A program made the position numbers and the translations under genes. A stretch of 64,000 nucleotides of DNA from positions 31,992,001 through 32,056,000 of the forward strand of contig OX597831.1 in NCBI GenBank assembly GCA_951406725.2, given 5' to 3'. The stretch comes from Octopus vulgaris (lineage: Eukaryota). Of the stretch, positions 12,677 to 24,255 are shown in pieces. The notes under the pieces were generated by a model. It searched no databases, had not been told where the DNA came from, and was given only the letters and a program-made list of their open reading frames with translations. Position 1 is the stretch's first letter. Every line of letters starts with the position of its first letter.

Positions 12677-13233
12677 GAGTGAGGGAGCAGTCCATGCCAT
12701 CAAAATGACACTGGGGTAAAATATACGAAGCCCAGTATACCCATCATGATTACCCGTCTGATAAGGGTACATTAGGCACATGCATCACAACCATATGTGC
12801 GCGACATGGTGTTCTCATATCAAGATAAACAGCGCATGACCTTGCAGATGGGGCCCAGTTAGAATTTTCTTCTGGTCGAGTAACCCATTCCGCTCAAAAG
12901 GTCCCTGAATAAGGGTTGTTTAAGGATGTTGAACGAAACACCCATGTTTCCAGAGATAAATTATTCAAACCCCAAAGAATCCCTCTCGACACATGGTTAT
13001 GATGCTTCCCCACTACTTCTGCTCGTGATCAGAGATGCACATATCGTCAACCACTAAGGGACATGCTCAACTGTTTAAGGTCAAGCAACTGACAAGCAAA
13101 TCTGTGGTATTGAGCAGAATATTTGATGTAGCCCATCTTTTATACCAAGACAAAACAATGTACATGATAACACTTCCAATCAGTTAAGATCAGATGCCAT
13201 GAGAGCCACTGCCTGGTACTGCATCAGGGCATT
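12677..13233 (-). mobile_element. Non-coding interspersed element (family D), about 555 bp, inserted in a TAA microsatellite
   Basis: Flanked by (ATT)n on both sides; second copy at 12186-12510. Confidence 0.8.
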
Positions 13234-13244
13234 TATTATTATTA

Positions 13245-13275
<31 letters not shown>

Positions 13276-13316
13276 CATCATCATCATCATCATAATCATC
13301 ATCCTTATTATTATTA

Positions 13317-13379
<63 letters not shown>

Positions 13380-13524
13380 TGAAATCTCAAGGGATTAATA
13401 TTATTATTTTTGCTTTTAGTTTGTCTTTCCATCATGCAATTTTTTGTACTTTTTTTGTTTAAATCTTTTCTCACTCTTTCACTCACTGCCTTTCTCTCTT
13501 ACTCTCTCTTTTTCACACATTCTT

Positions 13525-13569
<45 letters not shown>

Positions 13570-14406
13570 TACTTAAAAGACACAGAAGTCATTAAAATTT
13601 TTCATTAAAAAAATATAATAAATAAAGAGAAAATAGAAAATGAAAAAAAAAATAATGAAGAGACATTGACCAGAAAATATATGAGATTAATTACATTACA
13701 GTAATGAGTCCATTTTCTTTTTTTTCTCGTTTATTTTTTTGCTTTTTTTATTTTTGTTTAAATTGTTTTTCTTTTTAAAAACCATTACATTTAAATACAG
13801 TTTCATCAGGAAATTACGAAAAAAAAAAAAAATTGTATGAAACAGAACTATTTTTCCAGAACTAATACCCCAAAACGGAGACAGGGTAGAAGAAAAACTG
13901 GTTAAGGAATCAGTAGAATACAGAAGATATATAAAATGGTTTAAGAACATTATAAAATTATTTCATAACGATTACAATTATTCATAGTATTACATAATAA
14001 TTGCGATTATTAATATGAATATTATTGTAAGAAATTCTTAAGTCTCATTATTAATAGTATTGTTATCGTTATCATAATTATTTGTTGGTATCAATGCTGT
14101 TATTGTTATTATTATTATCATTATTTGTGTTGCAGTTGTTGCTATTTGAAACTACGTATGGTGTCACACCACTGTCTAAAGATGTTTATGACCATGGCAT
14201 GAACCATGAATGTGAAGAGATTGAGGGAAAAAACCAAACTATGGCATCACCTGTAGAATTTTGTTGATCACAAGGGAGAAGGAACTGGTATCAGTAGAAA
14301 ACCAATAACTCCCCACCATATATATATGTATATATATATATGTATGTGTGTGTGTGTGAGCATATTTGTGTGTGCGGTGTGTGCATATATATAAACACAC
14401 ACACAC

Positions 14407-14449
<43 letters not shown>

Positions 14450-14727
14450 CACATACACATATAAATATATCTACCTACGTATTTGTCTGTAAAGTGATAT
14501 GCGTGTGTGTAACATTTACAAAGAAAAAAATGGACAGTAACTTTGAAGTTTTGCCTGACTCATCTTGATCAGACTGGGAAGGCAAGCAAAGCGAAACTTC
14601 AAAGTCACTGTCAGCCTCTTCTTTGTTACAGTTCATAAATATTGACTCTACTAAAAAGTATTGTGCAATACTTCAGTTTAATGTTAAATTGCTTTTGTAT
14701 AGAACTTGACCTAAAAAAGAAACATTG

Positions 14728-14759
<32 letters not shown>

Positions 14760-14812
14760 TGTATATATATATATATAATGTATATGCATATATATAAATA
14801 TATGTGTGTGTG

Positions 14813-14852
<40 letters not shown>

Positions 14853-14862
14853 CATGTATATA

Positions 14863-14921
<59 letters not shown>

Positions 14922-15009
14922 GTATGTATACCTAACATCATACATTAAATGTCAAAACAGTAAAAAATTAGATCAGTGCATAAGAAAAACAGACTCAAAT
15001 AACAATGGG

Positions 15010-15044
<35 letters not shown>

Positions 15045-15230
15045 TACAACAAAGACAAAGAGAAGAGGAAAGAAAGTAACAAAGAAATTTAAGTAAGACA
15101 GAGAAAAAAAGAGAAGGAAAAGGAATATATCTAATTTTCTGGTTTTTAATAATAATATTGGGCATGAAAATGAATACCATATTTTTTTGGTAAGGAAAAT
15201 TCTATGGTTAATTCTTTGTTTATTAATTCT

Positions 15231-15465
15231 ATCATCATCATTGTTTAACGTCCGCTTTCCATGCTGGCATGGGTTGGACGGTTTGACTGAAGACTGGCAA
15301 GCCGGGAGGCTGCACCAGGCTCCAATCTGATCTGGCAAGATTTCTACAGCTGGATGCCCTTCCGAATGCCAACCACTCCGAGAGTGTAGTGGGTGCTTTT
15401 TACATGCCACTGGTACAGGAGCCAGTCAGATGGCACTGGCATCGACTACGCTCAAATGATGCTTG
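15231..15465 (-). mobile_element. RTE 3' UTR/tail fragment
   Basis: ATCATCATC-GTTTAACGTCCGCTTTCCATGCTGGCATGGG, as in the other RTE tails. Confidence 0.85.
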
Positions 15466-15652
15466 TGTGAAAATTAATGTTCCTACCAGTTTCAGCCTGA
15501 GAGCTGTGGTCATGCTGGGAGTATCGGGGAAATATATTTCAAAGAAAAAAAAAATTGTTTAGAAAAATTCCATAGAGTATTTGGATATATTATTTCAACT
15601 ACATCAGAAGAATGTTGAACTAAAAGTTTAAGTCATTTATCACATTGACTGC

Positions 15653-15688
<36 letters not shown>

Positions 15689-15697
15689 GTGTGAATG

Positions 15698-15910
15698 TAG
15701 GATGAATAAAAAACTCTTTTATATTAGCTACATGAAAATACTATTTCACTCTGCTTAAAATCACTAGTGTCACATGAATGGCCATGTATACTGTGGACAG
15801 AAAACCAACTATATTATAGCTGGCCACTGGTGTGGTGCTAGTGAAGTTAAGCAAGTGGTGATGGCGTTTCTATGTAGCTAACATATGAAAAGTTTATTTA
15901 CTGCACCCTA
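15698..15910. repeat. Diverged fold-back inverted repeat (about 87-bp arms)
   Basis: 15698-15784 pairs with 15821-15910 (TTAGCTACAT/ATGTAGCTAA, TCACTAG/CTAGTGA, TGGCCA). Confidence 0.75.
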
Positions 15911-15926
15911 TGTTTGTATGTGTGAG

Positions 15927-15974
<48 letters not shown>

Positions 15975-16066
15975 AGGTAATTTCAAAAAGAACAATTCAA
16001 ACTTTTTAGGGGATCTAAAATGAGAGAAAAGGTGATTTCTAATAAGGATTCATCATGAAAACACAC

Positions 16067-16122
<56 letters not shown>

Positions 16123-16329
16123 ATACATTTCCAAATTGGGGTAATGGTGCAGGTAAAATCCAGGCTACATGTTTCCTAGCTAACAGAACCTCAGAAGTAA
16201 TTATTCAAAGAGGGGTACTCCACTAGCTACTCATAAGGCTGAAGATATCTAATTAAATGAAGGTTACATTGTTGTCAGGGAGTCCCAAGTTAATTTTCAG
16301 GATATATGTTTGTATACGTATATATATAT

Positions 16330-16600
16330 GATGGACTCTCCCATCGTTAGATGATGTATGAGGGTTTCACAATTTCTTACTGAACAACCACACAAATGAT
16401 TTGTTCATAGTGATCAAATGTTTGTGCACACATAAGCTCACTCCCTCCATCAGATTGACACTACCTGTACAGGTGCAATGGGTGCTACCTGTTAGATGTT
16501 GAAATGATTGCAGAGCAACATCAAATGAAGTGCTTTGCTCAAGAACCCATGATCTCGCAATTGTGAGTGCAACATCTTAACCACTAAGCCATGCACCTTA
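16330..16600 (-). mobile_element. tRNA-headed SINE (family E)
   Basis: Minus-strand head TGCATGGCTTAGTGGTTAAGATGTTGCACTCACAAT; related plus copy at about 35745-35990. Confidence 0.7.
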
Positions 16601-16734
16601 TATCAAATGCAAACAGAGCTAGAAGTTATAGTAACCAACAAAGGGATAAAATATTCATACATTCTATCGGTATCTGTTACCTGTATTATCCCCAGGCAAT
16701 AGTGTGCAGCAGGCACACCATGCATGTAGATTGC

Positions 16735-17130
16735 GCTGTGTGGTAAGTAGCTTGCTTACTAACCACATGGTTACGAGTGCAGTCCTACAGCGGGGCACCT
16801 TGGGCAAAAGTTTTCTACTATAGCCTGAGGCCGACCAAAGCCTTGTAAGTGGATTTGGTAGACGGAAACTGAAAGAAGCCCGTCGTATATATGTATTATA
16901 TATGTATATGTTTGTATGTATGTCCTTGTACCCTCCCCCACCCCCAACATCGCTTGACAACAGATGCTGGTGTGTTTACTTCCCCGTAACTTAGTGGTTC
17001 AGCAAATGAGAACCGATAGGATAAGTACTAAGCTTACAAAGAATATATCCTGGGGTCAATTTGCTTGATTAAAGTTGGTGCTCCAGCATGGCCACAGTCA
17101 AATGGCTGAAACAAGTAAAAGAATAAAAGA
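16735..17130 (+). mobile_element. CORE-like tRNA SINE family B, full length
   Basis: tRNA-like head GTGTGGTAAG...; GGCACCTTGGGCAA resembles the start of the CORE domain; tail GAAACAAGTAAAAGAATAAAAGAAT. Confidence 0.9.
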
Positions 17131-18099
17131 ATATATATATATATATATATATATATGTGTATGTATGTGTATAGAAATATCTTTTGGTTTTAACCTCACC
17201 TGTATAGTTAATAGCCTGTTAATCAAACTGAAGAAATAAAAGTGCAAACGGAAAGAAGGAATCAGATTAAACAGTTTTGACACAGTAATGTATGAGAAAG
17301 GTTTTAATAAGTCAGTTATTCATTCAATAGAGTACCAATGTACTAGTGTGAGAATGTACTTGTGTACTATAGGAAATAGTCTATTATAACCTGTAACAGG
17401 GATGCTTTAAAATTTTAACTAAGTTGAAGAAAACACATACACACACGTGTGTATGTGTATACATATATAAACATATATATATATGCACACATATATATAC
17501 ATGCATATATATTTATTTATGTAATATACAGACATAATATACGTATACATATATGCACACATATATAGACACACGTGTTGCTGTCTGTGTGTGCATGTCT
17601 GATACACACACACACACACATCTTTCTACACATACATACACACACATACATATATGTACATAATATATATATTTATATATGTGTATGTATGTGTGTGTGT
17701 GTGTGCATGTGAATAGCAACTAATAACGTTGCACATGGTAGCTCCCTCCATCATTTAATTAGAAGACTCCTGCAATTCAGAGGCAGTGCCAGGACAATTC
17801 CGGTGATCACAGGTTCTAGGTGAGAAAGAATGTTAAAAGATACTGGAAGATATAGAAGAAGTAGAAGAAGAAGAAGAAGAAGAATGTAAAATGGTATAAA
17901 AAGTAGATAAGAAAGACAAATGCACCAACTATACGTCTTTAGTTGAAGAACGGCGGACTGTACAAGAGTTCTTTGAAAGAACTTTTATTTTGAGAATAAG
18001 GTATTAAATCTTCATGCATCATTCCAGGTATTTTGATATAATTATGTCTGTCTGTGTGTTTATGTATATGTGTGTGTGTATATAAATATATAAAATATA

Positions 18100-18191
<92 letters not shown>

Positions 18192-18379
18192 TGCACCCAT
18201 ATATCCAATACTCACACATATGTTTATATACATATATTACATACACACATCTACATGTAATTACATATATATGGACATATATGTATGATATATATATGTA
18301 TATATATATATATATATGTGTGTATATATATATATACATACACACACATACACATATTTATTTGCACACATTACACACA

Positions 18380-18418
<39 letters not shown>

Positions 18419-18549
18419 GCACACACATACATATAAATGTATAGATAAATAAATACATGCATACATTATATATATATATTTAAATTAAATTTCCATACAC
18501 ACACATGCATATATATATATATATATGTATATGTATATATATATGTATG

Positions 18550-18601
<52 letters not shown>

Positions 18602-18665
18602 GGTCCCGGGTTGATTCGGGGTTAACCACAGTAAATAATGTACTCAATACATAGCAGAGTAAAAT

Positions 18666-18865
18666 TAATTTATTATACAGAAGGAGCTTCTACAGGACTA
18701 GAACTGTTTCATTCAAGAGAAATCATCAGGAAGCTAGTTAACAAGAATTGTTTTGGCATTTATACATTTAGGCAGGTTTAAATGCCAAAACAATTCTTGT
18801 TAACTAGCTTCCTGATGATTTCTCTTGAATGAAACAGTTCTAGTCCTGTAGAAGCTCCTTCTATA

Positions 18866-18875
<10 letters not shown>
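18666..18875. mobile_element. Near-perfect fold-back (97-bp arms, 16-bp spacer) of a Penelope-like unit
   Basis: 18666-18762 is the reverse complement of 18779-18875 with about 1 mismatch; embedded in (TA)n. Confidence 0.9.
18806..18856 (+). ncRNA. Type I hammerhead ribozyme motif (mirror copy on minus strand at 18685-18735)
   Basis: Stem I AGCTTC/GAAGCT, core CTGATGA 18812-18818, short stem II TTC-tctt-GAA, GAAA 18831-18834, stem III ACAG/CTGT, cleavage triplet GTA 18848-18850. Confidence 0.8.
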
Positions 18876-18920
<45 letters not shown>

Positions 18921-19329
18921 ATATATAACATATTACTAAGGTACATCTTAATCAACTTATATACACCACTGCATAAATACCAGCAGCCAGGAGTTATTGT
19001 GTTTGAGATTTAGGACTTATGATGAAGGTTATTATTAAAAATAAAACCTTACAGCAACAAGCGGCCATTTTATATTTGTGGAAATGTATTCCTGACGTAA
19101 CGTGTTTAGACCAGTGTAGTTATTTAATGAGCATTGCACTTTGATTAGGATGCACCAAATTAAAGAGTGTACATGCACATAAATATAGAGAAATATTCAT
19201 TTATTTATTAGCATTAGAGTATATATGCATGTATATAGATATGTATACAAGCAGAGATATCTCAATACAAATGGATATAAACAGATTTATATATAAATAT
19301 ATGCATATATAAATGTGTGTGTACATTCA

Positions 19330-19362
19330 TGCATACGTATATATTTGTGTGTGAGTACATAT

Positions 19363-19416
<54 letters not shown>

Positions 19417-19508
19417 GCATATACAGAAATGTTTTTGTGTATGTATGCATATATGTATATATGCATAAAGATATAAATATATATACATATATTCATAATT
19501 ATGTGTGT

Positions 19509-19544
<36 letters not shown>

Positions 19545-19585
19545 TATATATATATACATATATATGCACATATATATATATATAA

Positions 19586-19633
<48 letters not shown>

Positions 19634-20090
19634 GCATATATATGTGCGTACATATATATATATATATACATATATGTGTGCATGTGCATATATGTGTATA
19701 TATATGTACATATATGTATATATATATATATATATATGTGTGTATATATATACATACATATATGTATATATATATATAAATGTATATATACATATATATT
19801 CATATGTATATATATATATATATATGTATACATATATATATACATATATGTGTGCATATGCATATATGTGTATATATATGTACATATATATATGTATATA
19901 GATATATCTATATATGTGTATATGCCTATATATATGCATATATATACCTATATATATGTATATATATATACCTATATATATATTTATATATATACCTATA
20001 TATATATATATGTATATATATACCTATATATATGTATATATATATATACCCATATATATATGTACACACACACACATATATATATATCAG
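19330..20090. repeat. Long compound (TA)n/(CA)n microsatellite field
   Basis: Seen directly; similar fields at 18090-18600, 22700-23360 and 23530-23790. Confidence 0.95.
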
Positions 20091-20687
20091 CCAAATAGGA
20101 TGAGTCTCAGAATATTTTTATAAAAAATAAACAAGCTAGACCTAAGAATATGAAAGAAGAGAGTTACACAGACAAGGGAGACAATAACTCTGTGCAGTAA
20201 GAAACATGAAAATAGTGAATTATTTATAGTTGAAACCTCTTTTATTTCTTTCTTTACCCTCCCTCCCGACTTTGTTTTTTTAGTTGTTAAGGGAAATTGG
20301 AATAAATAAATTTAAAAAGTAAAAATAAAAAAATGAAACAAGAAGAAACAAGATCTAACTTATGGAAAGACAATTTGAAAGATTAAAATAGTCAATATTT
20401 ACAGTTTCTTTCCAGCCATTTGCACACGTTTAGACATTAAAAACAGAAATACTTTCAATAAACCGTTGGTAGGCTCAACTTATTGTTGGTATTGTGTCTG
20501 TGGGTGGGTGTATCTGTATATACATATACACCTATACACACATATATGCACATATACATACACACACACATATATATATATAAATATATACATATACATA
20601 CACCTGCACACATGTATATGTGTGTGTGTGTATGTGTATATATATACATACATACACATACATGTGTGTATATGTACATACACACAA

Positions 20688-20718
<31 letters not shown>

Positions 20719-20723
20719 CACTC

Positions 20724-20762
<39 letters not shown>

Positions 20763-21394
20763 TACACATACTTGAATACACACATGCACGTACATATGTC
20801 CCTGGGGTTCAACACACATGAGTAAAAGTACCCAGTACCTTTGTCGTGTGTATTCTTTGATTTGATTTGATCCTGTGTCCTGTCATTCTGGAGTGAGTTT
20901 GGTCTATGTGTTATTTGTCACTCAAACAAGAAATCATTGGCCAGAACCTGTCTATTTTTTTTTATGGGGGCAGTAAAAACACATCACTAAATCTCAAAAA
21001 AAAAAAAAAGAAAAGAAAAAAAGGCCACAGGATCAGTCAGAATAAGCCATGTATGTGAGTGTTTGTGTGTGTATGTATACATATATAAAAAAAACTGTTT
21101 TCAATTGAGAAACTCTAAATAGATAGATAAATAAATAATTTATGCAGAAGATTGGGTTAAAAATCTCTGGAAAAAGTCGAATGGTGGCTGCCTGTGGGAC
21201 TTGAATCTTATGCGAGATGTAGGTTCAAATCTCATGAGTGGCCTTTAATTTTTTATTTTTTCCATCCAATAGTTTGTTTTTTAAATCCAATATTCAGCAT
21301 GCTATTATATATCACATTACCTACTTTGAGTTTCACTGTTAAAATGAGTTATTTCATACCACCCAATATATATATATATATGTATGTATATATA

Positions 21395-21429
<35 letters not shown>

Positions 21430-22039
21430 CTACGTATATACATACATACATACATATATATATATATGTATGTATGTATGTATACATATGTATGTACATA
21501 CATGTTTGCATGTACTTCAACGATTCTGTTGTACGTATAAGGTATTCATCAATTCATTTCTACATATCACTCTATTTGGATAGATAAAAATGTATGAATT
21601 GTTTATGTTTCCAGAATAATGTTTAATGTTTTTTTAAAAATTCTTTTAGTGTAAAGTATTTTACTTTTTATTTATTTAAATATTTCAGAAATAACACAAC
21701 AACCACAATGATAAAAAAAAAAAATCCAGAATCGTCATCATCGTCACCAACATCATTATTTATCATTATAGTTATTTCTGTTATCATCATCATCAATGTC
21801 ACCATAGTCGTCATCAATGTTATCATTGTCATCATCGTCATAATCATCAAAAGACAATTCACATATATTCAAAAAAATGTTTCAAACTAGCTTTGTATAT
21901 AACATTTATCTTCTGTGTGTCTCTCTCTCTTATTCTCCAATCACAAAATTGATTTTTGACTTGCATTTTTAACCGGGTAGAATATGTATATACACACACA
22001 CATATATATATATATATACATACATCGTGTGTGTGTGTG

Positions 22040-22089
<50 letters not shown>

Positions 22090-22171
22090 TATATATATAT
22101 ATACATATACATACACATATATAAAGAAATATATAATCAAAGAATGTTGAGAAAAATTTCATCAAGAATAC

Positions 22172-22228
<57 letters not shown>

Positions 22229-22704
22229 CAGTATTATGTAATAATTTGTTTAAAATTCCTTTCCTATCTTTGCACGTTCATTTAGATATTTATTTGTATT
22301 GAAAATTAAACCAGAAATATTTCATCTTTCTAAATCTTGTCAATAATCACATCATTTTGTTTTTTTTAATATTTTTTAATATTTATAGTTATATATTATT
22401 TTCGCCTTCACCATTCTTTTTTGTCATAACAACAAGGAAATATTTCAGCAAGGAATAACATTACAATAAGACAGTTTGGAAATATTGGATGAAAGAAAGA
22501 AAGTATTGTATTATAGAGGTGTAATGAAATTATTGTAACAAATTGTAACATGAATATATGAGACATATGGAAGTGAAGAAGTTATGTATCAGGTAGTGTG
22601 GCATGGGATAGTAACAATTTCTCATATCATGCATCGGACCTATTTAAAATCCCACTGGAAAAAAACAACAAAGGCACCTACAATGTATGGATGTATGTTG
22701 TTAG

Positions 22705-22749
<45 letters not shown>

Positions 22750-22845
22750 TAAATACATGCATATTTATATATATGTATATATATATATATTACACACACA
22801 TATATATATGTGTGGTGTGTGTATGTGTGTATATGTATATATATA

Positions 22846-22907
<62 letters not shown>

Positions 22908-22964
22908 CATATGTACAAGCATAAATAGAAGTCTGCATATATGTTCATATATGTATGTGTACAC

Positions 22965-23015
<51 letters not shown>

Positions 23016-23286
23016 CACAATCATATAGACATACATAAACATATATATGTTGGAAATGAACACACACATATATATACATGCACACACACACACACAAAAT
23101 ATACCGTGAAATATTATATCCATTTTTCTATATATATATATATATATCTACATACATACTTATATATGTATATATATACATATATATATATACATATATA
23201 TACTTACATTTATATGTATATACATATGTATATATATAAACATATATATATATATATATCTATACATATACATATGTGTGTAAATG

Positions 23287-23336
<50 letters not shown>

Positions 23337-23359
23337 TACATATGTATATATATATGGTA

Positions 23360-23527
23360 GATCGCTAGCCACTACACATTCTTTATTTTCTCTCTTTGTT
23401 TCTTTCTGCGGAAGAGCGTAGGCTCGGAATGTTAAAGACTTTTTCACTTCCTGAGCGTTAAACTAATACATCTATTTGTTGTCTACACCACCTATCTTTG
23501 TCTTTTGTTTTTGTGTGAATTCTCCCT
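23360..23527 (+). mobile_element. Penelope-like remnant with decayed minimal hammerhead
   Basis: TCTTT-ctgcggaa-GAGC gtag GCTC-ggaatgtt-AAAGA at about 23401-23438; unique island inside (TA)n. Confidence 0.5.
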
Positions 23528-23609
23528 ATATACATGCATATATGTATTCATATTCATATATATATATATATATATACATATATATACATATATATACACA
23601 TATATGTAC

Positions 23610-23640
<31 letters not shown>

Positions 23641-23689
23641 CATATATACATACATATATATACATATACGTATATACACATATATATAT

Positions 23690-23730
<41 letters not shown>

Positions 23731-23735
23731 TATAT

Positions 23736-23784
<49 letters not shown>

Positions 23785-24219
23785 TATATAGATATATCCT
23801 TTACCTTTTGTGTTCACTGATGACTCTATTTATGAATTATAGTCTATGTACAATATTTTCAATAATGAGTGATTATTGAAATGTTAATTATCATGATATT
23901 AATTTAATGAACTGAAACCTCTATCAGGGTATATGTATAAAAAAAAAAGATGATCACAGAGTATAGCAAAGAAAATGTACCATGAATGTTGTATATTAGT
24001 ATATCATAAATGTATGTATGTGTGTATGTGTTTTTAGGTATATACGTGTAAACACACACACATACTTGTATGTGTATGTGCTTTCAGGAGTATGAACGGG
24101 GTAAAAAAAAGTACTCAATATATGTGAGAGAGTTCAATTATTCATTCTTTGCTTTGTCTGAATGAATACAGATGCACAATGAAGTTGGAGTAGCAATTAA
24201 GCAAATCATCAGCTACAAA

Positions 24220-24255
<36 letters not shown>

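Noticed and set aside
13150-13233. U2 snRNA similarity or HDV-like ribozyme at the 5' end of family D
   Set aside because: Only short words match, and I could not build the nested double pseudoknot by eye
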